This document shows positions 10,530-21,500 of a stretch of DNA of 64,000 bases, one piece after another. Under the pieces are notes generated by a model, which saw only the letters and a program-made list of their open reading frames with translations, was not told the DNA's origin and did no database searches. Every line of letters begins with the position of its first letter. Within the stretch, counting starts at the first letter, position 1. The DNA comes from Tetramitus jugosus (taxonomy: Eukaryota; Protista; Heterolobosea). The stretch is from contig OW569374.1 of assembly GCA_937625935.1 (NCBI GenBank), positions 310,001-374,000 of the forward strand, in the 5' to 3' direction. The translations under genes were made by a program, and so were the position numbers.

Positions 10530-11585
10530 ATGGCAGAACAAAAAGTCGCAATTAGAGTCTACTTTGCAGATGACTCTTTCAAAACACTTGCTGTATCCAC
10601 CGAAATCACAGCCAGCGAACTCAGAGAGGTAATGGCGGAAAAAATCGAATTGGAAGCAGCGGGCAAACCGTATTTTGATCTACTGTTTTACAAGGGCGGA
10701 GAATGTAGAAGTATTGAACCAAACGAACAAATTTGCCGATTGATGGTGTTGGAAACTTTGTCCTCCGCCTCTGCAATTTCCGCCAACGACACTACAGGAA
10801 GTCAAGCGCTCGTCTCCAAAAATTTAAACGATCGTGTCGAATGGGAAAAATTGAAAAAGGACTGGGAAAAGGATCAATGCAAGATTGTGTATCAGAGAAG
10901 AATCATGTCCAGAGACAGAGTGGTAACTTCTTCTTCTGCTGCCAACAGTAACCCAGTCACTATCAAGTACACCTTTCTTCAGGCACTGTCGAGTGTGATG
11001 AACGGAACGTATCCTTCGACAAAGCAAGATGCTCTCGAGTTGGCAGCCTATCTCATGCAAATGGATTTTGGTGACTATAATCCAAAGGTTCACGTCCTCG
11101 GTTTCATCATTGAAAAGGACAAGATGAGTAATTTGATTCCGACTCATTTGTTGACGTCAGAAGTGTTGATGAAGCCAGAGGACTGGGAGAGAGAAATCTT
11201 TTCAGAGTACTCAAAGTTGATTGGATGGACAAAGGAGGAGGCAAAGATGGGTTATTTGCAACGTGTGAGACGATGGAGGTATTTTGGTGGATCGTTCTGG
11301 AATGTGGCTTATGCTTCGAGAGAAGTTTGGAGTTCGTTGATACCTGATACCTTGTGTCTCTGTGTCAATTCTTCTGGTATTGACTTGTTGCGATTGGGAA
11401 CCAAGCAACATATTGCTTCGTTTGATTATAGGGACATTCGTTCCTGGTCTCATTCAAAGTCTACCTTTTCTTTCACTTGTCATTTGATTGGTGCAAAGTT
11501 CCAGTTCCATACCGTTCAGGGTAGAGACATTGCCAACTCATTGACAGCTCATGTTGAGACATTCAAGTCTGAAGCAAAGCATTGA
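10530..11585 (+). CDS. FERM-domain protein (F1-F2-F3 only)
   Basis: IRVYFADDSFKTL (F1), QALSSVMNGTYP..DALELAAYLMQMDFGDY (F2), AKMGYLQRVRRWRYFG, FDYRDIRSW and FQFHTVQG (F3). Confidence 0.88.
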   Translation: MAEQKVAIRVYFADDSFKTLAVSTEITASELREVMAEKIELEAAGKPYFDLLFYKGGECRSIEPNEQICRLMVLETLSSASAISANDTTGSQALVSKNLNDRVEWEKLKKDWEKDQCKIVYQRRIMSRDRVVTSSSAANSNPVTIKYTFLQALSSVMNGTYPSTKQDALELAAYLMQMDFGDYNPKVHVLGFIIEKDKMSNLIPTHLLTSEVLMKPEDWEREIFSEYSKLIGWTKEEAKMGYLQRVRRWRYFGGSFWNVAYASREVWSSLIPDTLCLCVNSSGIDLLRLGTKQHIASFDYRDIRSWSHSKSTFSFTCHLIGAKFQFHTVQGRDIANSLTAHVETFKSEAKH

Positions 11586-11689
11586 GGATTCGTTGTTGTT
11601 GTTGTTGTATTTGTATTGTTAATAAAGTATGAAAAGAAAAGGAATTTTTTGGTTGTTTATTATTTTACAAAAACTTGAGCGTGAGTTAT

Positions 11690-12469
11690 TCAATAGTTTG
11701 ACATGTGTTGCGCGTGTCTCTGTGCTGCCCTTGGATTGAATCCACCCATGTTGTCTCTTGTTCTGAAGCTTTTGAAATTTCTTTGAAGGGAGTGGTCATC
11801 CTCAAGTTCTATATCAGTCGTTTCAGTGGAACACAGAGTATCCTTTGGAGATTCTTCTTTCTTTCCATTGGAGGAGATTGACTTTCCTCGAATAGTAATG
11901 TTCGAAGCATTCTTGTACAGGGCAGTAGGGCTCATTGTACTTCTCCTTCTCTCGTTGCTCTTGGTGAGATGGAGAGAATTTTTGCCAGAGGTCGATATGG
12001 ACAAGTTAAAACTATCATTGCAATTGTTACCGCTGAGTAAGTGATCATAGAACGAGGCCAAATCAGGGAAATAGTTCTTTACAATATCACTTTCCTCATC
12101 TTGAACGAGAATCCTCATATATTCGATGCTCTTTCTGATGATGACTAACCATTGTTCCATATTCCAGCTAAAGTCAACAAATTTGTATTCTTTCCCATTG
12201 GTTTTAAGGATGAATGCCCGAGCTGCAGACTTTATCAATACTGAGTTACAGTTTAACTCGATTATTTTCTTTAAAGGACCGGATGGTTTGGAACATATTA
12301 TTCGTCCGAAATCAGTCAGGATCAACCTCACCTTACGGGTGACAACTTTTCCCTTCTTCTTCAGAATACTGTGGAATACAATGTTTTCATTGTTTCTAAG
12401 GATCTTTCTGATGGAACTGTGGGTCGATGGACAAAAGTTTTCGAGTAATCGATTTGCAACCTTAGACAT
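11690..12469 (-). CDS. PH-domain protein (PDK1-type PH) with Ser-rich tail
   Basis: LKKKGKVVTRKVRLILTD..RIIC...FILKTNGKEYKF...EQWL resembles the PDK1 PH domain. No kinase domain. Confidence 0.6.
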   Translation of the reverse strand: MSKVANRLLENFCPSTHSSIRKILRNNENIVFHSILKKKGKVVTRKVRLILTDFGRIICSKPSGPLKKIIELNCNSVLIKSAARAFILKTNGKEYKFVDFSWNMEQWLVIIRKSIEYMRILVQDEESDIVKNYFPDLASFYDHLLSGNNCNDSFNLSISTSGKNSLHLTKSNERRRSTMSPTALYKNASNITIRGKSISSNGKKEESPKDTLCSTETTDIELEDDHSLQRNFKSFRTRDNMGGFNPRAAQRHAQHMSNY

Positions 12470-12942
12470 GGTGGAAATGTTAACTTGTTTTTGTATTTCT
12501 TTTTATGCTTATAAGAGTAGCTTCGAGCAACAGTCTTCTGTGGTTCTATTGTTTTTTATGTGGAGTGCCGAGGATAGCGTGTTTGTTCGCTTTAAATTCT
12601 GTCCTTGACCACCTTCTCGATTAATAATTCTGTATTTTGTGACACCTGACAACAGAATACTGAATCCCTTTCGAATCACTAGTTCTTTAAAATCAATATC
12701 TCTTTTTAATAGCCACTGAGGAGTTTCTTGCATGTTGGAAATTATTCTCCTGATGGTAAAACACGAGAGTGATGTGGAAGTCCAGTCCGGAATTTCTTTG
12801 ACAACGAAATCTGCAAGGGATAAAATTAGCGCTGTGCCATCACTTCTGGCTTAAGTCTGATGGACGAAGTTCACAATACCATCACAATATCCATCAAAAC
12901 ACCAAAACAAAGAAGTAAACACAATCCGAACAAGTAAAGATC

Positions 12943-13128
12943 ATGGATTTCTCACCAAGCTTCGAAGCACATATCAACTCCCCAAGCTCTCCATTTGTTC
13001 AAAAGTATGACCCAAGCAACAAGTTTCCCTTCCAATCTGAAGCCAATGAAAATCAGAAAAAGTACCAGGAGCAACAGATGAAGTTCCTTGAGCAAAAAAA
13101 TTCTTCTCAGAGAGCTCAATTCTGTTAA
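12943..13128 (+). CDS. Small hypothetical protein (61 aa; may extend to 13178 via a -1 shift)
   Basis: ATG follows an AC-rich leader typical of genes here and the composition is protein-like. See findings. Confidence 0.45.
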   Translation: MDFSPSFEAHINSPSSPFVQKYDPSNKFPFQSEANENQKKYQEQQMKFLEQKNSSQRAQFC

Positions 13129-13273
13129 GCTTAAGGAGTCCTTCCTCTGTGCGATTTTCAAACACAGATGGTTTCTAAGGTTGTGTTGTTCAACATGGCG
13201 AAGGTTCAAAGCTAGGGATTGATCCGTTTTGTCGTGACACGTAAGTCTGAGACAATTGTAATCTCTTCATAAA

Positions 13274-14668
13274 CTAATGGATTGCACACATTCTGTTCGT
13301 GATTTTTCTCGTTTGGTATTTCTTGTTCCTTCGCAGGTTTGGTGGAAGACCGGGTTCTAATGTAGGTCTCTGACTATTCATATGCACCAAGGCAACAAGG
13401 GATGCAAACTCTGTGGCGTTTTCGTTGAGTAATTGCTCTCCTGTGCGAATCTTGGGAGAGAGTTCAGGCTCGTAATCCTCAACACAATAATCGGTTTGAT
13501 TGGGATCGTGAAGACCATTGGGTACTCTTTCGTGTTTGGTATCGGAAGGTTCCATGTGTTCTCGGATCCAATCTCTGTCAATTTCTGATATCTTGAACAT
13601 CAAGACTAAGCGTTCAGGACAGGTATTATTGATTGATTGACCCAATAGCTCATTAATTCGACTCTTAACTCTATTTTCATCAAATTTGGTCTCAGACAGT
13701 ATCATGATCGGAACACCTAAGGGAATTTGCCAACTTCGAGTTACAATATCATCGAATACTTGTGCGGTCAAGTATGCACAAAAGAAAATGACTCCATGCG
13801 AAAAGGGCATTCGTGTTACATTGAAACTTACGGACACATATTCATCCTTTGACACACTGAAGTAAAAATCTTCATGAGTGAGTGAACCAAGGAGGTTGTC
13901 CACCGGAGGGCCATTATCACCGAAACCAAACGATGCCAAATGAATCGAATATGGCGGTTTCTTGCTTGAAAAATATTGGCAACTACAATTATTGTCTGAT
14001 TCGAACGAAGGTAGACTCACCGCATTGGTAAAGTGAAGAGGATTGGTTGAATTAGTCGGTCGTGGGCCATACAACGAGATGCCCTTCAGCAATTGATACA
14101 TGCATCGTTTTTGAGACTCTGTTTCAGTGATTCGCGATACATTGCCCTTGAGCTCGTTCACAGTGGCCATGATCTTTTGGACTGAATAGAACCGATGAAA
14201 AAAGATGAGCCATTGCTTATTGGACACATAGTCAATCAGATTCCTATAGTGAGGCTCAAAGTATCTAAAGTACCGATAGAGAACCGGAAATTGAGTCTTG
14301 AAACACATTGTCAGAAATGAATGTGCATTGTAACGATACTGAGACTTGATTTTGGAAAATTCATAAACATGCCCATCATTCTTCTCAATTTCAACCGCCA
14401 ATCGCTCTTCGACATCCTTTTGTAACATTTGACGGAGTTCTTGATGATCCAACAATGAGCGATACAAATGTGCCTCAACCATAATCAGATTGTTCATAAA
14501 GTGGCACGTGCGAGACAATTGCACAAGATTCTCAATATGATAGGCAGCGTATCCCACGATATGAAACATGATTTCAAACGGCAATTGTCCACAAGAGGAC
14601 CGATTCTCACAGTACTCGCCACGATCATCATTCTCCTCTTTACCATCAAGAGTAGCTACGTTATCCAT
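13274..14668 (-). CDS. F-box protein with degenerate small-GTPase-like domain and C-terminal CaaX
   Basis: F-box LPFEIMFHIVGY..LVQLSRTCHFMN; HGVIFFC..FDDIVTRSW..GVPIMILSETKFD; polybasic RRNKK..RK then CAIH*. Start ATG 14668 inferred. Confidence 0.7.
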   Translation of the reverse strand: MDNVATLDGKEENDDRGEYCENRSSCGQLPFEIMFHIVGYAAYHIENLVQLSRTCHFMNNLIMVEAHLYRSLLDHQELRQMLQKDVEERLAVEIEKNDGHVYEFSKIKSQYRYNAHSFLTMCFKTQFPVLYRYFRYFEPHYRNLIDYVSNKQWLIFFHRFYSVQKIMATVNELKGNVSRITETESQKRCMYQLLKGISLYGPRPTNSTNPLHFTNAVSLPSFESDNNCSCQYFSSKKPPYSIHLASFGFGDNGPPVDNLLGSLTHEDFYFSVSKDEYVSVSFNVTRMPFSHGVIFFCAYLTAQVFDDIVTRSWQIPLGVPIMILSETKFDENRVKSRINELLGQSINNTCPERLVLMFKISEIDRDWIREHMEPSDTKHERVPNGLHDPNQTDYCVEDYEPELSPKIRTGEQLLNENATEFASLVALVHMNSQRPTLEPGLPPNLRRNKKYQTRKITNRMCAIH

Positions 14669-14917
14669 TATCTTTAGCCTCTTCTTTTGTTTTTCCAACA
14701 GAATCACACGAAACTGAACTGAAATTCGTTCCTCGCAGAGTTCCTTTGCGCAAAAAAAATCAGGAAGAAAAAGCACATGCTCAAAGCTGGAACGCACGAC
14801 ATCTGTGACAAATTGATCAAGAGACTAGGAACATTTACATCATCCACAAACACGCGCTCATCGAAAAGTAACAATCACCCACTACAAAAAAAATTATTTC
14901 ATCATCTTAAGCAAAGC

Positions 14918-15775
14918 ATGACATCACAACAGCCACAGGATGTTCCCGTTCAATGGAACTTGTTTACGGAGAAGAACCATACGCGCGATTATGCCGTCTA
15001 CAGACCTAATTATCCGACTGAGCTCATCCAAAGTCTTTTTCAATTGGCGCCAAAATTAGTATCTGGTGGTGGCGCCAAAATTGTAGACGTTGGTTGTGGA
15101 AGCGGCCAACTTACACTTCAATTGGGCGAGCTTTTGCTCCCACAAGCAAAAGCTAATGAGGTGGAGATTATCGGATTGGATCCTTCCGCGAATCAAATTG
15201 AGAATGCAAAGGAGATTTTGCCAGAGAGCCTCAAGGGCTTGATCAAGTATGGTGTTTCTGGATCAGAGAAGCTGGATATCGAGTCTGGTTCTGTGGATAT
15301 TGTAACTGTGGCTCAAGCTTTGCACTGGTTCGATTTGGATGCCTTCTTTGCTGAGGTGGATCGTGTGTTGAAGCCTAATGGTGTTTTGGCAGTTATTACC
15401 TATGATTTGAATCAGTTTGAACAACCAGAGGCACAATCAGAGCTATTAAAGTTTTATAATGGTGTTCTGGGAAAGTATTGGTCTCCCAAGAGAAGGATGG
15501 TTGATGAAAAGTACGCCAACGTCAACTTCCCTTATTCCAGTACCCTAAAGAGGAGTGTATTCCCGCTGCACAAATCAATGACCGTTCAAAATTACATTAA
15601 CTACTTGAATACTTGGAGCTCGATTCAAAAGTATCGACAGGAGAATCCTAATGAGTCAGAGGATCTCTTGGAAAGGTTCAAGCGCGATTTGATGCCAACA
15701 TTGGGTGCTACCAATGACCAAGATATGATTGATTTCGTGTGGCCAATGTATTTGATCACTGTACAAAAGCAATAA
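14918..15775 (+). CDS. Class I SAM-dependent methyltransferase (Methyltransf_11, Crg1/Tmt1-like)
   Basis: YAVYRPNYP, VDVGCGSGQ, GLDPSANQI, VDIVTVAQALHWFD, RVLKPNGVL, YLNTWS. Confidence 0.9.
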   Translation: MTSQQPQDVPVQWNLFTEKNHTRDYAVYRPNYPTELIQSLFQLAPKLVSGGGAKIVDVGCGSGQLTLQLGELLLPQAKANEVEIIGLDPSANQIENAKEILPESLKGLIKYGVSGSEKLDIESGSVDIVTVAQALHWFDLDAFFAEVDRVLKPNGVLAVITYDLNQFEQPEAQSELLKFYNGVLGKYWSPKRRMVDEKYANVNFPYSSTLKRSVFPLHKSMTVQNYINYLNTWSSIQKYRQENPNESEDLLERFKRDLMPTLGATNDQDMIDFVWPMYLITVQKQ

Positions 15776-15788
15776 CCTGGCAAACGAC

Positions 15789-16619
15789 TCATGTTTTATT
15801 GGCTGCATATCTGAACGAGTTAATAAACAGTTCATTGACATGATCACCAGAGGATTCAGGATGCGCACTAAATAGTAAAACTCTACCCTTTCCATACTGT
15901 CCACTTACGATAGCACCCGTATCTATCATTGATTCGAATGGGTTTTTTGTGGTGTTGACATTGCTCGAAAAAGTACCTAAGAGTTGCAGATCTTCTCTGT
16001 CTGTAGGACAGTTAAACAATGGTCCATTTCTAAAGAACATCTCCATCTCTTCGTCTTGAATTTGAAAGACTCTTTGTCCATGATCTGTTATTTTGGTCAT
16101 ACTGGTACCCATGCCTCTATGCCACTGGTGTTCCTCATGATTCATAATTGTACAATCAGGCAGCAATTGCCACGAAGGAGAGAAGGAGAACAATGGCTCC
16201 GTTTGGTGCCAATGGATCGCCGTATATGCTCCCGCACATGTTCCAATATATCCAACACCATGTTTCCCAACTGCTTCCTGTATCGCGTCTCTTCCGGATT
16301 CGTTTCTCATCTGCCTGTAGTGCTCTGCAGGCATTCCACCACCCACAAACAAAATATCGAATCCTGCTGGTCCATCAACACTCTGACGAGATAGTAGTAC
16401 TCTTTGCTCGACAATCTCTTCTGGCGTCACCTGAATAATTGTAAAGTGATCCTTTAGTTTTTCCACAAATTTCATCCAAGTATTACACTTTGCGTCCTTC
16501 TCGTAGATCATGTAAGCAATTCGCAAAGCATCTGGATCTGGGTGAACCAACTGTGTCGTGCCAGACTTTTTGAGTTCCATGGTTTGCTTTCTTCGTTGCA
16601 ACAATTCAGAGAGATTCAT
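15789..16619 (-). CDS. Stand-alone BPL-N / class I glutamine amidotransferase-like protein
   Basis: FDILFVGGG, GYIGTCAGAY (nucleophile Cys), FRNGPLF, YGKGRVLLFSAHPE (His-x-Glu). Start 16619 or 16691. Confidence 0.8.
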   Translation of the reverse strand: MNLSELLQRRKQTMELKKSGTTQLVHPDPDALRIAYMIYEKDAKCNTWMKFVEKLKDHFTIIQVTPEEIVEQRVLLSRQSVDGPAGFDILFVGGGMPAEHYRQMRNESGRDAIQEAVGKHGVGYIGTCAGAYTAIHWHQTEPLFSFSPSWQLLPDCTIMNHEEHQWHRGMGTSMTKITDHGQRVFQIQDEEMEMFFRNGPLFNCPTDREDLQLLGTFSSNVNTTKNPFESMIDTGAIVSGQYGKGRVLLFSAHPESSGDHVNELFINSFRYAANKT

Positions 16620-16763
16620 GATTTTTATTCGGGTTGAAAATGCAAGACTTGAGTTGTTTTTTTGGGACTTGTAATTATTTGGTTGTGACATGAGTATAAT
16701 GTGAAAGTACGATTTTATTGAATAGAACAAAAGGGCATTCATTGACCCTTTTGGTGGACTAAT

Positions 16764-18401
16764 CTAGTCCTTCTTACGCCAGAACATGTACACCTTCTTG
16801 ATTGCTTCCAGATCGAAAATCAGATAGACAGTCGTGTACAATGAGAGAAGCAAACTGAGATCGAGCAGGAACAACTTGATATCATAGAACACTACGCTGC
16901 TTCCTAACTTTTCTCTCCGTGCATAATCGAAACCGACTTCAATAACAGCAACTATAATATTAATGATGGCACAAATCAGAACCATGAACATGTACCTGGT
17001 GAATTTCAAGTCAAGCAACTTGACGTTCTGCATCTTCTTCAACAAGAGGAACATTTTCATACCATAGACAAGCAAACCTGATGTAAACAGAACAATGAGC
17101 AAGAAGGCAACATAGACAATGACAATGTTGGCCACTCTGCTATCAAAGTTTACGTTCGCCTTCACAGAAGTAATCGTCAGAACATAGAGCACAACGAGCA
17201 AGAGGATCAGAACAACATACATGATACCTAACGATATCAATAGCAATTTGCTCCACTCTTGCTTACTTGTGTTTGCAACGTTGAGCATATGGACCCACAG
17301 AACCATAATGTGACAAACACAAAACAGCTGCAAGAACTGTACAATCGGTCTCAACGGAACAAAATTGAATCCCGTGTGTGAAGTTGTCACAACATTCTCA
17401 ACCAACAACAGAACCAAGCCCAGAGTCATATACATGACACTCAAAAACTTTAGATCAAAGAATACTTTGAGTGCCTGAAGTTTCGATCCTGTTTGAGCCT
17501 TCTTCCTAAACTCTGTTGCCAACTTTACAACCAATGGCACGACAATGAGCAATGTAGAGAATGTGAGCAACAGAACACACAGAATTAAAATCATGTACTT
17601 TGTTGCATCATTCAATCTTCTCAAACTTTGAACATAGAGCCTCGAGCAATCGTTTCTCGAATAGCGTCCCCACTTGTGACAATAGCACACTCTAGAAGGA
17701 GAAATGAGCTGTTGATCATTACCATTGGAAACAACCATTGTCACACCGTTTGAAATACCAGAGCACCCTTCCAAATACGCATACGAAATACCTCGCGTAC
17801 AATTTCCGTTTGCCATTCTGATATGAAACGTTAGAAAATTGTCGTCATTCACCACTGCACTCTCATTATAATTCTTCTCCGATTGTCTCTTGTGACAAAA
17901 CTGACAATAAATGGACTCTCGTGCGTTGAATGGACTATTCACATTGACATTGCATCGATCATTGCAATTCATGGGTGCCATCTCCGTGCACAAATCAATC
18001 ATTCTCACATTCTTGTCCACTAGGATATCACCATAGAAACTGACCTTTTCCGGATAATACACATGATCACATCCCATGATCGGTATACTCATTGCCTCAT
18101 ACTTGTGCTCATCCATCGTATAAACAAGATTCTTGTACGGCTCCTGATACATTCTACAATTTTTCATGTAGGGACCAAGGTTCATCCCATTGGTCACATT
18201 ATTGTTCAATAGTTCAGTTGCATCGGCATTCAGTGTCACGTTAAGCAGTTGTGACACGAATAATTGGTCATGAGATGTCAGTGTGCGTTCGTACTGGTAC
18301 CATGCATGAGAAGTACGAGTCAAACAGAAGAATGCCGCAATGACAACAATGTAGAATAGGGAGAATAACTGCAAACGTTTTGTTGTTGTTGTCGAGGTCA
18401 T
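16764..18401 (-). CDS. Seven-transmembrane receptor-like protein with Cys-rich extracellular N-terminus
   Basis: Signal-like LFSLFYIVVIAAFFCL, about 250 aa Cys/Asn-rich ectodomain, then seven hydrophobic segments. Confidence 0.7.
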   Translation of the reverse strand: MTSTTTTKRLQLFSLFYIVVIAAFFCLTRTSHAWYQYERTLTSHDQLFVSQLLNVTLNADATELLNNNVTNGMNLGPYMKNCRMYQEPYKNLVYTMDEHKYEAMSIPIMGCDHVYYPEKVSFYGDILVDKNVRMIDLCTEMAPMNCNDRCNVNVNSPFNARESIYCQFCHKRQSEKNYNESAVVNDDNFLTFHIRMANGNCTRGISYAYLEGCSGISNGVTMVVSNGNDQQLISPSRVCYCHKWGRYSRNDCSRLYVQSLRRLNDATKYMILILCVLLLTFSTLLIVVPLVVKLATEFRKKAQTGSKLQALKVFFDLKFLSVMYMTLGLVLLLVENVVTTSHTGFNFVPLRPIVQFLQLFCVCHIMVLWVHMLNVANTSKQEWSKLLLISLGIMYVVLILLLVVLYVLTITSVKANVNFDSRVANIVIVYVAFLLIVLFTSGLLVYGMKMFLLLKKMQNVKLLDLKFTRYMFMVLICAIINIIVAVIEVGFDYARREKLGSSVVFYDIKLFLLDLSLLLSLYTTVYLIFDLEAIKKVYMFWRKKD

Positions 18402-18555
18402 TGCAGCTGTTTGTTGTTTGTAGGTCGTTGTGGAAAGAGGGCTTCGCGACAGCAGCAATGAAAGCTGTTATCAAGCGAAAGAACAATTGTGCGATGACAG
18501 GAGATGAAAGCGGAGGATTTCACAAAAGATAGTGGAACCGTAAAAAAGCGGAGAA

Positions 18556-21500
18556 TTATTGCTTGGTGTATTGGGCGATCTGAGCTGCTAGGTCATCCTC
18601 TTGTGAAGAAGTGCTGGTGAGTGATGAAATGACGGCTTCTGGATCACTGACACGATTGTGCAATTCTTCATAGTTTGCATTGTATGCTTCAGTGTTTGGG
18701 ATGTGCTTGGAGTAGATGAGTGCTCTGAGTGCATATGGCGTCACTTGGTCTGGTTCGGCAGACAAGCTCTGATTCAACAGCTGAAGTGCATTCTCTGGTT
18801 GTTGTTTTTGGAGAAGAAGAATGGTGGCCTTCATGTTCAAGGCTTCAATGTTGTTGGAGTTATACTCGAGTGACCTCTCACAATCTCGCAGAGATGCTTC
18901 AATGTCCGATTTGAAAGAGCACAGCAGTTCAGCTCTTGCCGCATAAGAGTTGGCATCTGGAGTTAGGTTGATACTCGTATTTAGATCATCGAGAGCCTCA
19001 TCGTTCCGTCCCATATCTCTTAATATCAATGCACGCTCATAATAGCTTTCACTGTGATCGGCATCAGAAGTAATGGCACTATTCAGATCAGAAAGGGCTT
19101 TCTTGTCATCGCTGAGGAAATTCTTGTAAAGTTTAGCTCTGAACAAGAAAGCATCAGAAAAGTGGTTATCGAGCATGAGTGCTTTGTTAACATCAACTAG
19201 CGCTTTTCTCACATCCTGGTATGCTTCTGCGTAAGCTTTTGCTCGGGCGAGATAAAATGTTGGGTCTTCAGAGTTTCGTTCGATAGCCTGGTTAAAGTCT
19301 TCGAATGCCTCTTCCACTTGTCCCAACACAATAAATACCTTAGCTCGACGAACCAAGGCCCATGTGTCTTCTTCATCTAACTCTATCACCTTGTCAAGAT
19401 CTAACAGAGCTTCTCGGTATCTTTCTTCTTGAATAAAAGCGTTTGCTCGCTGACTGTATGCTTCGACGAACTGATGCTCAAGAGTAATTGCAGTTTCGAA
19501 ATCCTTGATAGCCTTCTGTGTGTCTTCTAATTGAAGGTAGGAAAGACCTCTCTCGAAATGGTAGACGGGATCAAAGTCATTACCCTTCAATTGAATTGCT
19601 TTCGTGATATCCTCCACTGACTGCTGCAAATTATCGTTATATCTATGGATGAGCCCACGACTGAAGTACACTCCAGCGTTGTCTGGGTCCACTTGAATAC
19701 ACTCATCAAAGTATCGTAGAGATTCTTCACTCATGTTCTTTTCTCCATATGCGATACCTAAATGCATGAGACAAAGTTGTTTCTCGCGCTGGGTTAAGTT
19801 CATGTTCTTAACATTCTCCAACTCGTTGATAGCTGTGTCATACTCTTCCATCTTAACATATGCTGAGGCTCTATATATCAACAATTCAGGATCAATTTGC
19901 ATGTTGTGCCTCTTTCTAATTTCAATCGCTTGGTCATAATCCTCTAATGCTGCCTGACCATCCTCTGTGTTACTCAAATGCAAGTATGCTCGAAGTGTGT
20001 AGGCTATAGGATCCTCTGGCTCCAATTTTATCGCTTGAGTAAATAATTGGATTGCTGACTCAGCATCACTGTCCGACAAAATTTTACCTAGATAAACAGG
20101 AGTTTGGAATGAAACTGAATTCTTTGCGATCGCAGTTCTGAAATCTTTCTCTGCAGCCTCAATGTTATTCAACCGATCATGGTGTACTCTTCCTCTGAAC
20201 TCATAAATAAGTGGAAAGTCCGGATCATACTTAATCACTTGATCAATGCTCTTCAACGCGCTATAATAGTTTTGTTGTTTTTCTTCGATTGCAGCTCGCA
20301 GATAATATGCTTGGACATGTTCATTATCAATCGAGTGAATAAGGTTTATATCACTCATGGCTTCAGCTAGTCTATCCTCGTATTTTGAAAGGAACATTGC
20401 TCTCTCATAGTATGCCTCTACATTCGTATTATTGAGAGAAATCGCCTTATTATAATCAGCCAAAGCCAAATCAAATGAATTCTCCTTCGAAGCATACACT
20501 TCACCACGTATCAAATAACTTGTTGGGTCTGTGTCATACAATTCGATACTTTTCTGTAAATCAGCTTCTGCACCAGGCATGTTCAATCGCGACAAGATTG
20601 CACCTCGACGCTGGAACGACAATGGGTTTTTAGCATCAAGGGAAACTGCTCTTGTTAAATCCGACAATCCCTGACTGTCCATATTGTCTTCAATATAGGA
20701 TTCTCCACGCACAACATAGGCAACAACGAGATCATTCAACAGCTCCATCGCCTGACCATAATACTTTTGAGCAAACGATTGAGAACCCTGCACTCGACTC
20801 AAAACACCTCTCAACAACACTGCAACGCTCGCTATATTTCTCACTTTCTGATATTCTCTCGATTGATCATCAAACAAGCGATAAAGAGATCTCAAACCAC
20901 TGTCAATCACTTGTTCGTTCTCGCCATCACTTTCTGCAATTCCAATTCTATACTTTGCGAGCATGGCAGCAGCTTGTTCGACATTGACCTCTCCTCTTTC
21001 ATTGACAATATTGCTAATGTCATCATGACCAAAACGATCCCATTCGTTCACATGAAACACTTGAAGCAAATCACCCGATCCAACAAAATGCTTGATTAAA
21101 TGAGAAGAAACGTTGTAAATTCTCGAAATTTGTATTCCGTTTTGCGAATGAATCATTGCCGAATGAAAATGAAAAAATGCTCTTCCAAATTGACCATTCT
21201 CAATACATGAAAGTGCATTTTGAATCTCTAACATGGCACTGTCCGGATAGAAATACTCGGAAGAACCTTCATTCAAACAATAGAGAGCTTGATAGAGCTT
21301 TTGAGAGAGCTCTTGTCTGTTGTTTTGCTCTTGTTGCTGTGATGAATAGTGTCTAGTCATGTGACGACTGATCAAGGAACAATTGAAAACTGAATCAACC
21401 ATGGTTGATTGATGTGTGCATACATGGCTCAGCCATTGTTTTTGATGAAAAGCTTTTCTTGTTGTTGTTGATTGTGAGAAATGACGACGATTGAGAATGA

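Noticed and set aside
12509-12733. 74-aa ORF upstream of the PH gene as an extra exon
   Set aside because: No GT-AG pair links it to the downstream CDS and it has no recognisable motif; at most a uORF.
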